This document shows, in pieces, positions 41,306 to 50,579 of a DNA stretch of 64,000 nt. How positions within the stretch are numbered: the stretch's first letter is position 1; each line of letters starts with the position of its first letter. Source of the DNA: an uncultured beta proteobacterium (GTDB taxonomy: Bacteria > Pseudomonadota > Gammaproteobacteria > Burkholderiales > Casimicrobiaceae); contig CAWGEB010000012.1 in the NCBI GenBank assembly GCA_963821485.1, positions 21,517-85,516 of the forward strand, in the 5' to 3' direction. The notes under the pieces were generated by a model that was not told where the DNA came from, made no database searches, and saw only the letters and a program-made list of their open reading frames with translations. A program made the translations under genes and the position numbers.

Positions 41306-41869
41306 ATGAACCAGCGTCAATCCTTTGAATTGAGCATGCCGGTGAATCCGGGCGATCACGCGATCGGGCCGCCCCTCGCGCGGGTCACGGTGGTCGAGTA
41401 CGGAGACTTCGAGTGCCCCAACTGCAAGCAGGCGGCCCCCGGGGTCAAGTTGCTTCTCCAGCGCTTCGCGGGCCGGATACGCTTCGTCTATCGTCATTTT
41501 CCGCTGGAAGAAGTCCATCCTCACGCGCTTCTCGCCGCTGAGGCTGCCGAAAGCGCTGGCGCACAGGGCAAGTTCTGGCCGATGCACGATCTGCTGTTCG
41601 ACAACCAGGAGCACTTGAAGGCGAATGCGTTGCGCGGCTATGCCGAACGGCTTCAACTCGACCTGTCGCGCTACGCGAGTGACATGAAAGATCACGGCTA
41701 CCTGCAACGGATAAGAGAACACGTGCAGAGCGGCCGTGACAGTGGGGTCCGTCACACGCCGACGTTCTTCGTCAATCGCAGGATCCACGACGTATCGTTC
41801 GGCATGTCGCGTCTGTTCGAGGCGGTGGAGCTCGCGCTCGGGCCGGCAGCTCGCCCGAGACGGAGATGA
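41306..41869 (+). CDS. DsbA-like thioredoxin-fold protein
   Basis: CPNC active site within VVEYGDFECPNCKQ; 187 aa. Its stop overlaps the next start (ATGA). Confidence 0.8.
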   Translation: MNQRQSFELSMPVNPGDHAIGPPLARVTVVEYGDFECPNCKQAAPGVKLLLQRFAGRIRFVYRHFPLEEVHPHALLAAEAAESAGAQGKFWPMHDLLFDNQEHLKANALRGYAERLQLDLSRYASDMKDHGYLQRIREHVQSGRDSGVRHTPTFFVNRRIHDVSFGMSRLFEAVELALGPAARPRRR

Positions 41870-43449
41870 ACGCAGAGCGCTCCGCCTGGAGCCCGCTGAA
41901 GAACGCGCTGTTTCGCAGCCTCTGGATCGCGACCATCGTCTCGAACGTCGGGACGTGGATGCAGGACGTCGGCGCCGGCTGGTTGATGACCTCGCTGTCG
42001 TCCTCGCCGTCGATGGTCGCACTGGTCGAAGCCGCCGACAGTTTTCCGCTGATGCTGCTTGCGCTGCCGGCCGGTGCGCTCGCCGACATCGTCGATCGTC
42101 GGCGGCTCCTGATCGCGATCCAATGCTACTTGTTAATCGTCGCCGGCGCGCTGGGTGTCCTCACGCTGCTGGAGCTGACGACCGCGTGGGTGCTGATCGG
42201 ATTCGTCTTCGCGCTCGGCGTTGGCTCGGCGATGATGATGCCGGCTTGGGCCGCGATCGTCCCCGATCTCGTTCCCGCTGAAGACATGCCCACGGCCGTT
42301 GCCCTGAACAGCATTGCCATCAACGTATCGCGCGCGATCGGACCCGCGATCGCGGGTGTCCTGGTGGCGGCCGTGGGGGCGTGGCTGGTCTTCATCCTGA
42401 ATGCGCTGTCCTATGTCGGGATACTCGCGGTGCTTCTCCAGTGGAAGCGCGAGCACCACAAGAGCACGCTTCCGGCCGAACGTTTTCTGAGCGCGATTCG
42501 CGTGGGCATGCGATTCGTCATGCACACCAACGCACTGCAAGTCGTGCTTATCCGAGGTGGCGCTTTCTTCGTATTCGCCAGCGCGACCTGGTCACTGTTC
42601 CCGCTGATCGTGCGGCGGGAGCTCGAACGCGGCCCGGAAATCTATGGGCTGTTGCTGACGTGCATCGGGGTCGGCGCGGTCGCGGGCGCGCTGCTGCTGC
42701 CCCGCGTGCGGGAGAAGGTCACCCCGAGCTTGCAGGTCGCGGCCGCGAGCGCACTCTACGCGCTTGCCATACTTGCGCTCGCGCACGTACACAACGTCGG
42801 TCTGCTCGGCGTCGCCATGCTCGCCACCGGCGTTGCGTGGATCTCGATCCTATCCGCTCTGCAAGTCGCCGCCCAGGTGACGCTGCCGGCATGGGTGCGT
42901 GCACGCGGACTCGCCGCCTTCGTCGTCGTGTTCATGGGCGGCATGGCGCTCGGCAGCATCGTCTGGGGACAAGTCGCGACGCATATTGGAATTCCTGCTG
43001 CGTTGACCACGGCCGCTTGCGGGATGCTGCTCGCCATCGCGCTGACGTGGACCTTCAAGCTCGGCCAGCACGAGAAACTCGACCACAAGCCGTCGATGGA
43101 TTGGCCGGCCCCGGTCCTCGCCGAGACGCCCGAACCCGATGGCGGCCCGGTCATGGTGACCATCGAGTATCGCGTGCAGCCCGCGCACCGTGGCGAGTTC
43201 GTCACCGCGATGCTCGAAGTGCGCGAAATGCGTCGACGCAACGGCGCCTACTTCTGGGAGCTCTTCCATGATTCGGCAGACCTCGCGCACTTCGTGGAAT
43301 GCTTCATGGACGAATCTTGGGTCGAACACATGCGCCAGCACGAGCGTGCGAGCGTCGCGGATCGCGCGATTCTGAATAGAGCCAAGCAGTACATGGTCGA
43401 AGGGGAATCGACCCGGTCGCAGCATTGGCTCGCCGATCGGGGAACCTGA
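41866..43449 (+). CDS. MFS transporter (MFS_3/EntS-like) with a C-terminal soluble domain of about 100 aa
   Basis: 12-TM MFS body (LWIATIVSNVGTWMQDVGAGWLM...). The tail PVMVTIEYRVQPAHRGEFVTAMLEVREMRRRNGAYFWELFHD... looks ABM/Dabb-like. Confidence 0.8.
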   Translation: MNAERSAWSPLKNALFRSLWIATIVSNVGTWMQDVGAGWLMTSLSSSPSMVALVEAADSFPLMLLALPAGALADIVDRRRLLIAIQCYLLIVAGALGVLTLLELTTAWVLIGFVFALGVGSAMMMPAWAAIVPDLVPAEDMPTAVALNSIAINVSRAIGPAIAGVLVAAVGAWLVFILNALSYVGILAVLLQWKREHHKSTLPAERFLSAIRVGMRFVMHTNALQVVLIRGGAFFVFASATWSLFPLIVRRELERGPEIYGLLLTCIGVGAVAGALLLPRVREKVTPSLQVAAASALYALAILALAHVHNVGLLGVAMLATGVAWISILSALQVAAQVTLPAWVRARGLAAFVVVFMGGMALGSIVWGQVATHIGIPAALTTAACGMLLAIALTWTFKLGQHEKLDHKPSMDWPAPVLAETPEPDGGPVMVTIEYRVQPAHRGEFVTAMLEVREMRRRNGAYFWELFHDSADLAHFVECFMDESWVEHMRQHERASVADRAILNRAKQYMVEGESTRSQHWLADRGT

Positions 43450-43529
43450 TCGGCGAGCGGGCGGGGGTCTTGTGTGTCTGCGCGCGCAACAACAAGCTTG
43501 CAGCTTGGCACGACTGCAAGTGTCGGGCC

Positions 43530-43563
43530 GCAGCCACCGCGCAACTTAGTGCGCGGTGGCTGC
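43530..43563 (+). terminator. 13-bp perfect stem hairpin downstream of the MFS gene
   Basis: GCAGCCACCGCGC-aacttagt-GCGCGGTGGCTGC. There is no U-tract, so intrinsic terminator function is uncertain. It marks the transition to AT-richer DNA. Confidence 0.45.
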
Positions 43564-43818
43564 TCCCGGCTAGATGAACTACTGCACTAACCAGGACTGC
43601 GAATTATTCCTCCTTCGCGAAGTCCCAGATGTAGTAGTTGTAGATCATCCGAGTGCGATAGATATAAAGATGCAATGCCAGCGGTCCTTGTGATACGACG
43701 GAGGCGGTTACATTGTGTAATGGATCCCGCCCTAACGAACGACGGTAATACGTACGCAGCCAGCAAATGCGACGTACTTGCAGCCGTGTCAACGCGTGAC
43801 ATTTCAGCAATTCTTGCG

Positions 43819-44064
43819 CTATTTGCTGGCGACGTTGGACGCACGTGCGGCCAGCCATTCGCGCATGCAGGCCTCACGTTCGGAAACGTAGATGCGTTGG
43901 GTGCAGGCGCGCTCGGCCGCGGCCAGCCGTTCCATCGGAGCCCCGTCACGCTGGAACAGGAACGCGATAGCGGTAAGAAGGCCGATGGCGATGAACGTCG
44001 CCAACGCTGCGGCAACGGTGGTCGAGAGCGATGAGGGCTGGGAGAAGGTCGGCTTGGCGTTCAT
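43819..44064 (-). CDS. hypothetical small membrane-anchored protein
   Basis: ATG 44064 sits 6 nt after AGGAGA. 81 aa with one TM (VAAALATFIAIGLLTAIAFLF) and a Cys pair in the tail. Confidence 0.55.
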   Translation of the reverse strand: MNAKPTFSQPSSLSTTVAAALATFIAIGLLTAIAFLFQRDGAPMERLAAAERACTQRIYVSEREACMREWLAARASNVASK

Positions 44065-44148
44065 AGTGGTCTCCTGGGTCGGGTCTGCGTCGGATAAGAC
44101 GCGTTGTTGCTGGGGAGTAATGTCCGTCCGAACAGTAGCTTCAGTCCT

Positions 44149-44244
44149 TTAGCCACCCTTAAACGTTCTGAAATTGACCTTAAAGCAGCGCGACCATTCG
44201 TCGCTGGTAGAGAAACTAGGGGTCGATGGCTTGTACTGCTTCAT
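44149..44244 (-). CDS. possible 31-aa micro-ORF (MKQYKPSTPSFSTSDEWSRCFKVNFRTFKGG)
   Basis: The ATG sits 8 nt after AGGAG, 84 nt upstream of the 81-aa gene on the same strand. Not in the ORF track (below 60 aa). No homology support. Confidence 0.25.
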   Translation of the reverse strand: MKQYKPSTPSFSTSDEWSRCFKVNFRTFKGG

Positions 44245-44688
44245 GACCGATCTCCTAACGACCTCCAACGGTGCTGTCTGAATGGTTCCGCCGTCCGGTT
44301 TCGCATCGCCGCGTCAAGAATTGGTTACGGCGTGACTGCATGGTAGGCAGCCACGGAACCACTCTCAAGGGCCACGCGACGTGTCCGGCAAATTGCGGCG
44401 TGGAACCCCCAATGCCGCGACAAAGCCGCCGCGACGGCCCTTTGCACCCCGCGAGATGAAAGACGCGCTACCGCGCCGTTCGCGATCGGCGACCTGAGTA
44501 TGCTTCTAGGTTCCTTCAGCTTCGGGATGGAGGTCGAGAGTCGCGAAGGTCGCGATATGGCAGTCGGGACCATCGAGCGTTGGCAGCGAGGCTGTTGCCC
44601 GGTCCCGCGAACTGGGTGCGAACAGGAGCGATCCTACGACCGGAAGCGGCAATCTCGCGGCGCACGCCGCACAGTGCTGCGGGCAGTG

Positions 44689-44880
44689 CTATTTTTTCTC
44701 TGCGGCAATACTCGGGAAGTGCGCTCGCTGCTGAGCATCCAGTGCGCGACACAATGCCTCGACGTCACGCGTCCATACGCCTCGCGCCACTGGGGGTTCA
44801 GCCGGCATTGGCGAACATTCGGAGTCGACCTTGGCAAGGTCGACGGCCACGGACACGGCTTCGATAGTTTGAGGATTCAT
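44689..44880 (-). CDS. hypothetical 63-aa protein
   Basis: ATG 44880 sits 7 nt after GGAGG (gcgggaggcatatccATG). MNPQTIEAVSVAVDLAKVD... No family recognised. Confidence 0.35.
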   Translation of the reverse strand: MNPQTIEAVSVAVDLAKVDSECSPMPAEPPVARGVWTRDVEALCRALDAQQRAHFPSIAAEKK

Positions 44881-45151
44881 GGATATGCCTCCCGCAAAAG
44901 TTGAAGGTGCGCGGCTGTCGCAATGCGTTCGTTTCTGACGCAACTTGCAAGGGCGATGCACGTCGGATGACACTGGAGGGCCGCACGAGACACACAGCAA
45001 ACGCCGTGCCAATGCTAAGGCGCGATGGCTGCGATCGGCCATAAGCCGCCATGCGGCGAAGCTACTGAGGGCGGTCGTTCGATTGCGCTATCGACCCAGG
45101 GTAGTCGATCAAATGTAGACTTCCTGACGATCACTCCAGGGAAAGAAAAGC

Positions 45152-46150
45152 ATGGATCGCGTCCATCGCAGGGACTTCCTGATCGCGGCGGGAGCACTTC
45201 TTGCCGCGCCGCTCGCCGCCGAGGCCCAGCAGGCGGCCAAGGTCGCTCGAATAGGCTACCTGTCGCCCAACCTGGCCTCTAGCCCCCACCTGCGCGACGC
45301 CTTCCTCCAAGGACTGCGTGACCTCGGTTACGTCGAGGGCCGCAACGTCGTGATTGAATACCGAGATGCCGAGGGGAAGCTCGAGCGGCTCCCCGCTCTT
45401 GCGGCCGAACTGGTTGCGCTCAAGGTTGATGTCATCTTCGTGGGCGGAGGCACACGCGTCACCCTGGCGGCCATGCAGGCGACCAAGACTATCCCCATTG
45501 TCTTCACTGGTGTTGGTGATCCGGTTGAGAGCGGGCTCGTCACCAGCCTCGCGCGGCCGGGCGGCAATGTCACGGGGTTGTCCAGCCTCGGCCCGGAGCT
45601 AGTCGGCAAGCGTCTGGAACTGCTCAAGCAGGCCGTTCCGGGGGTCAGTCGGGTCGCTGTCCTCTGGCTGCCAGGTGCCCTCGGCGAACGCACGGACAAA
45701 GACATGCTGACGGGAGCAGACGTCGCGGCACGGGCGCTGGGGGTGCGGCTTCAATTCGTTGAGGCGCGAGGTCCGGACGAATTCGCCAGGGCCTTCTCGG
45801 ACATGAGCAGCGCGCGCGCGGGTGCTCTGACTGTGCTGCCAAGCAACAGGTTCCTCAGAGAGCATAGACGCCTCGTGGACCTGGCGGCCGAGAACCGGCT
45901 GCCGGCAGTGTACACATCGAGGGAGTTTGTCGATGCTGGGGGCCTTATGTCCTATGGAGCGAACTCTGCTGATTTGCATCGGCGCGCCGCGACCTACGTG
46001 GACAAGATTCTCAAGGGTGCCAAGCCCGGCGACCTGCCCGTCGAGCAGCCGACCAAGTTCGAGCTGGTGATCAACCTGAAAACCGCGAAGGCACTGGGCC
46101 TCACGATCCCCCAGTCGGTGCTGGCGCACGCGGACGAGGTGATTCAGTAA
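45152..46150 (+). CDS. ABC-transporter substrate-binding protein (PF04392 ABC_sub_bind type), Tat signal, orphan
   Basis: MDRVHRRDFLIAAGALLAAPLAAEA, RIGYLS..., PIVFTGVGDPV..GLV.SLARPGGNVTG, ending ..ADEVIQ. No permease or ATPase adjacent. Confidence 0.85.
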   Translation: MDRVHRRDFLIAAGALLAAPLAAEAQQAAKVARIGYLSPNLASSPHLRDAFLQGLRDLGYVEGRNVVIEYRDAEGKLERLPALAAELVALKVDVIFVGGGTRVTLAAMQATKTIPIVFTGVGDPVESGLVTSLARPGGNVTGLSSLGPELVGKRLELLKQAVPGVSRVAVLWLPGALGERTDKDMLTGADVAARALGVRLQFVEARGPDEFARAFSDMSSARAGALTVLPSNRFLREHRRLVDLAAENRLPAVYTSREFVDAGGLMSYGANSADLHRRAATYVDKILKGAKPGDLPVEQPTKFELVINLKTAKALGLTIPQSVLAHADEVIQ

Positions 46151-46392
46151 TCTGTCGGCGAGTGACCGCTCGTAGCCGTTCAGCGAAATCCGCGAACGTC
46201 CACTTATCCAGCGCGCGACCGACAGCAACGGGTCGCCTACGGCCCGTTGTTCATCCCAATTACAGGCGTTGGGCGCGAAGTCTGCTGAGTGCGAATGCAT
46301 TGGTCTCCGTTCGGCCAGAAGCGGACGGATAGCGATGCCATTGTGAGGATCATCAAAAGTGCGATTAGAATTTCAATGCGAACCTCGTTACG

Positions 46393-46824
46393 ATGAAATA
46401 CTTCATTTTCAATCTGGTTGACGGCGATTGGCAACGGGCCGCGTCGTTTCTCAATGCGAAGAGGTGGGTGGTCGGCCGTGAGGAGCGCCACCGCGATGTC
46501 CTCGCTAGCGGCGATCTCGTCCTGGTATTCGTTGCGGTGACAAGCGAATTCGTCGGTCGGGCGAAACTCGACACCGCGTTCCTCGATCCGATACCGGTCG
46601 ATCCTGCCGCCTCCGGTCCGGCGGTGAGTGGGGTGTTACTCGCCGACGCTGACGCGTGGACGAGCGGCGTACCACTGGCCGTCGCAGTGCAGCGTATTGA
46701 TCCGACGGGTTCCAACCCCTACGTCCAGGCGAACGCGGCCGGATTCCGTTCGGGCGTGGTGCAGATCACCGCCGAGGAGTACGACAAAGTGTTGTCACTG
46801 CACGACGAGGCGCGTTCTTCGTGA
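46393..46824 (+). CDS. hypothetical protein, possibly PUA/EVE-like fold
   Basis: 143 aa. MKYFIFNLVDGDWQRAASFLNAKRWVVG...GDLVLVF...GVVQITAEEYDKVL. The pattern is loosely reminiscent of EVE/ASCH-type domains. AT-richer flanks. Confidence 0.5.
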   Translation: MKYFIFNLVDGDWQRAASFLNAKRWVVGREERHRDVLASGDLVLVFVAVTSEFVGRAKLDTAFLDPIPVDPAASGPAVSGVLLADADAWTSGVPLAVAVQRIDPTGSNPYVQANAAGFRSGVVQITAEEYDKVLSLHDEARSS

Positions 46825-47099
46825 ATTCGTGCGATATGTGGTGGTGACCGCGACGTAGGCGAAGTCGTAGGTTCAAAGTCGCGTAACTAGGGTGGCGCCG
46901 TCACCGGTTTTGGCCACGACCAGACATCAAAGCAATTGTGCTATAGCGGTCGTACGAGCCTCCGCTCAGCCCAATTGGGCTGCTCGCCAGCCAGATCGAG
47001 GTCTCGCATGCGGGTATGTGCCACGTTCTTCCATTCCCTAGCGCACATTCGGCGGCAACGCCGACAATACGCGTGGTTACGCCGCTACCTCAGCCACCA

Positions 47100-47632
47100 G
47101 CTTGGGATCTCCCAGCGCGAATGCTGATGTCGGCTGTATTCGTATTGGGGATCACTACCGCATCTCGGTATCTCGGCTTCGCTCTTGGTGGTTTGCTTGC
47201 CGCGTTCGACGGCGGGGCCGTGTGTCGAATGTTCAATCACGCATCGCTGACCAGCCATTACCGAAGCACATCAGCACCGACCATGATCCACTGTTTCGCT
47301 TTCATCGCTGGCTTGCCAACCTGCGCGTGCTCGAAATCGGCGAGATCAAGACGGTTCCGCATGTGCCGGTTTCGCGTCCGTTTGTGGAACGTATAATCGG
47401 CACAGTTCGTCGCGAGTATTTCGATCACGTCTTTTTCTGGAATGCGCTCGACCAGGAGCGCAAGCTGGAAGCGTTCAGGGTCTATTACAACGACAGTCGT
47501 GTTCATCAGTCGCTCAACAGGAATACTCCGGCCCAACGGTCTGGCAAACCACGGCCTGCCCGCGCCACGCTTGACTCATATGGATGGCTGGAGCATTGCA
47601 GAGGGCTGTTCCATACGCCGATCGCCGCGTGA
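47100..47632 (+). pseudogene. DDE integrase-core (rve) transposase remnant, N-terminally truncated and frameshifted near 47245
   Basis: ..VFVLGITTASRYLGFALGG..AVCRMFNHA in one frame. ..LPKHISTDHDPLFRFHRWLANLRVLEIGEIKTVPHVPVSRPFVERIIGTVRREYFDHV...YYNDSRVHQSL in another. No HTH or N-terminal catalytic part. Confidence 0.65.
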
Positions 47633-47681
47633 GCGGGAATTCGCCATGCACAGGCAGTTGGTTCGAACCGGGAGGATGAAG

Positions 47682-48698
47682 ATGAAGGTCCCCATGCCGC
47701 GAAAGCTCGATCGTCGCTTCGTGTCCGCCCGAATGTTGTGGCCAGGCATCCCGCTGGCGGCGACACTGCTGCTCTGTGCGGCGCCACCGGCCACCTCGTT
47801 CCCGATCTCCAACGGCACCGAATACGCGCTCTGGCCATCCACCCCACCCGGCTCGGCAGGCGTCAGCCTGACTGAAACGGTTAAGGACGACGGCAAGGAT
47901 CCGGTCAACGATCCGCAGCGAATCATCAGCGGCATCGCGAGGCCCACGATCCGTGCGTTCATTCCGGCTAGGCCCAACGGTGCTGCAGTCGTGATCACGG
48001 CCGGCGGAGGCTACACGTCGCTCGTCATCGACAAGGAGGGGACCGATATCGCGAAGTGGCTCAACGGCATCGGCATCACGGCGTTCGTGCTGAAGAACCG
48101 GCTGCCGGGCGAAGGCCACGCCGACGGCAGCAACGTGCCGCTGCAGGACGGGCAGCGCGCGATCCGCCTCGTGCGCAGCAACGCGGCCGAATGGGGGATC
48201 GACCCGAAGCGGATCGGCATCGTCGGTCTCTCTTCCGGAGGCCACATGGCGTCGATGATCGGCACCAGCTACGACCGGAAAGTCTACGAGCCGGTCGATG
48301 CCGGCGATGCAATCAGCGCCCGTCCGGACTTCATGATCCTGGGGTATGGTCCGCACTCGAGCAACGCCCGCAAATATCTGCTCAATCCGGCGCAGGCGCC
48401 GGTGCCTCCACCGCAGAAGCAGGCGCTCTACGACGAGTATCCGACCGACCGGCAGGTGACCAAAGATACGCCGCCGGCCTTCCTGATGCATACCGACGAG
48501 GACAACCGCGTCGATCCGCGCAACAGCGTCCGCTTCTACATGGCATTGAAAGAAGCCGGCATCCCCGCGGAGTTGCACATCTTCAGGGACGGTCCGCATG
48601 GCGTTGCGATCCGGAATGCCAAAGGGCTGCCGGTCGCCGCCTGGACGACGCTTGCCGAAGAATGGTTGATCGCTTCCGGCGTGATCAAGAGACCATAG
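47682..48698 (+). CDS. secreted alpha/beta hydrolase (esterase/lipase-like)
   Basis: GGAGG, 6 nt, then ATG. Signal-like N-terminus, GLSSGGH nucleophile elbow, HTDEDNRVD, FRDGPHG. Start choice among 47646/47676/47682 is uncertain. Confidence 0.75.
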   Translation: MKVPMPRKLDRRFVSARMLWPGIPLAATLLLCAAPPATSFPISNGTEYALWPSTPPGSAGVSLTETVKDDGKDPVNDPQRIISGIARPTIRAFIPARPNGAAVVITAGGGYTSLVIDKEGTDIAKWLNGIGITAFVLKNRLPGEGHADGSNVPLQDGQRAIRLVRSNAAEWGIDPKRIGIVGLSSGGHMASMIGTSYDRKVYEPVDAGDAISARPDFMILGYGPHSSNARKYLLNPAQAPVPPPQKQALYDEYPTDRQVTKDTPPAFLMHTDEDNRVDPRNSVRFYMALKEAGIPAELHIFRDGPHGVAIRNAKGLPVAAWTTLAEEWLIASGVIKRP

Positions 48699-48782
48699 TG
48701 CACTCGGCGACTGACCCGGGATGAACATCCGCGCCGACGGTCAGCGCAAAGTGAAATCTCCTTCAACCGAAAGCAGATCACG

Positions 48783-49403
48783 ATGGAATCGACACAGGTT
48801 CGTCATCACGACGCATGGAACAATGGCAAGCTGGTCGGACAGAAGGCACCGTTCAAGCTGAAGGAGATTTGGGCCATTCGGGTTCGCCTGGAGATTCAGG
48901 GCCGACTGCGCGAACTCGCCCTGTTTGATCTTGGCATCGACAGCAAGCTGCGCGCTTGCGATCTCGTGAGCTTGCGCGTCCGCGACGTGTGTCATGGGGA
49001 TCGGGTCGCTGGGCACGCGATTGTGCTGCAGCAGAAGACGCAGCGTCCGGTGCAGTTCGAGATCACGCCGCCGAACCGGGAGGTTGTGGGTGCGTGGATC
49101 AAGCAGGCTGGCCTGAAGTCAGACAACTATCTGTTCCCCAGCCGGGTCCACGCATCCCCTCACTTGGGCACACGCCAGTACGCGCGGATTGTCGATGATT
49201 GGGTCGAGGAGATCGGGCTGGATTCGACGGCCTATGGCACGCATTCGATGCGCCGGACCAAGCCGACGCTGATCTACCGCCGGACCAAGAACCTCCGCGC
49301 TGTTCAGCTCTCGCTCGGGCACACTAAACTTGAGAGCACGGTGCGTTACCTCGGGATCGAAGTGGACGACGCGTTGGAGATGGCGGAGCAGACAGAGGTG
49401 TAG
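48783..49403 (+). CDS. compact tyrosine-type recombinase/integrase (catalytic domain only)
   Basis: 206 aa. R..(LRACDL), HSMRRT, LGHTKLESTVRYL (R-H-R-Y catalytic set). No N-terminal core-binding domain. Confidence 0.8.
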   Translation: MESTQVRHHDAWNNGKLVGQKAPFKLKEIWAIRVRLEIQGRLRELALFDLGIDSKLRACDLVSLRVRDVCHGDRVAGHAIVLQQKTQRPVQFEITPPNREVVGAWIKQAGLKSDNYLFPSRVHASPHLGTRQYARIVDDWVEEIGLDSTAYGTHSMRRTKPTLIYRRTKNLRAVQLSLGHTKLESTVRYLGIEVDDALEMAEQTEV

Positions 49404-49417
49404 TCTCGCCAAGGTGG

Positions 49418-49441
49418 GCGACCGCCGAGCTCGGCGGTCGC
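49418..49441. terminator. perfect 24-bp palindrome 15 nt after the recombinase stop
   Basis: GCGACCGCCGAG|CTCGGCGGTCGC. It could be a terminator or a recombination/IS-end site. Confidence 0.4.
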
Positions 49442-49571
49442 TGGCGCCATCGATCGTGTTCCCGCAGATGGTAAGGAGCCGGTCGCAACCAGGGGCCGAA
49501 ATGGAGCTACCGGCCAACTGGAGACATTCATCGGCGACGCGAAAATATCCCGGAAGATTCTATGGTTTGTG

Positions 49572-50579
49572 TCAATGGGTTCGTAAGGCGGGATTCGTGA
49601 GACGCGCCGGATCGAATTCCGTTTTGTAGGTGTAGATCGACCAGGCGGTACGAGCGATGCGCCGAGCGATGATGACGAGGGATGCAGTGGTGGATAGGCC
49701 CTTCGCCCGGTAGTGCTTGTAGAGTGGCCGCCATACCTTCGTCTTGACTGCCGATAGCGCCGCCAGGTAGAGCAGCCGGCGCAGTTCGGCCGGTCCGCGT
49801 TTGGAGAGGCGCCGTTTGCCCCGATGCTGTCCGGAGTCATCCGGTCGGGGATCCAGACCGGTGAAGGCGACGAACGCATCTGCGTTCTTTACGGGCACCC
49901 GCTCGAGGGTGTTGACCAGCGCGGTGCCGACGACCGGGCCGACGCCGGTGATCGTGCACAAGCGCGTGAAGTTCTGTTTGCGCTCGGGACTCGCTTCGAC
50001 CAACACCTTGACTCTGAGGTCGATACGGGCGATGAGCTGATTGAAGCGCGTTCTCAATACCTTGAGCTCATCGGCGAATCCACCCAAGTCATGCAGCGAC
50101 ATGGCGACTGCTTCGCGCAGGCAGATGAGCGTGGCTCGGCGTTTGATCAGTCGATCAATCTCGCGTTGCTGCGGCGTGGGCGGGATCCAGGCGTGCAGCT
50201 TGGTGTGTTCGCGGGCGATCATGCGCGCGATGAGCTCGGCATCCACCCGATCGGTCTTGCCCCGCAGCCCAACGGCCTTGGCATAGTGGCGGGTATCCTT
50301 GGGATTGAGTAGGAAGACCAGAAAGCCGAGCTGGTGGGCGACCGCAGCGAACAACTCGTGATAGGTGCCGGTGGATTCCACGCCGATGCGGCTGCCCGCC
50401 GGCAACTCCTTGAGAAAGGCCAGCACCGCCGTGCGCTGATTGGCCACCTCGCGCACGGGGAAGCTTGCTCGGCAACGGCGCCAGCGGCGCGATCGCGTCC
50501 TTTGGCGTGACATCGGCGCCACGATCAGGTGGAGCCTCGCGCGACGGGGTTTGCATGATGTAGCCGACGATGCCCCCAT
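49572..50579 (-). mobile_element. IS110-family (DEDD) transposase gene; 5' end abnormal or chimeric with the adjacent IS1182 remnant
   Basis: The core from ..FPVREVANQRTAVLAFLKELPAGSRIGVESTGTYHE..KTDRVDAELIA.. through TITGVGPVVG...RLSKRGPAELRRLLY is IS110-like. The first 45 or so codons of the listed ORF are Arg-rich and not IS110-like. Confidence 0.7.

Noticed and set aside
43604-43858. 84-aa minus-strand ORF downstream of the 81-aa membrane protein gene.
   Set aside because: It overlaps the 3' end of the better-supported gene, has no RBS, an Arg-rich N-terminus and an AT-rich tail. It is probably non-coding.
46860-46935. GGTTCAAAG-containing stretch that looked like a tRNA T-arm or att remnant near the island genes.
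   Set aside because: I could not fold a cloverleaf or find a complementary T-stem and acceptor on either strand.
50155-50556. 133-aa ORF (MQTPSREAPPDRGADVT...) overlapping the IS110 gene in another frame.
   Set aside because: Only its first 30 or so codons carry transposase-like signal (IS1182 or IS110 N-terminal motif). The rest is Gly/Arg-rich out-of-frame translation of the IS110 gene.
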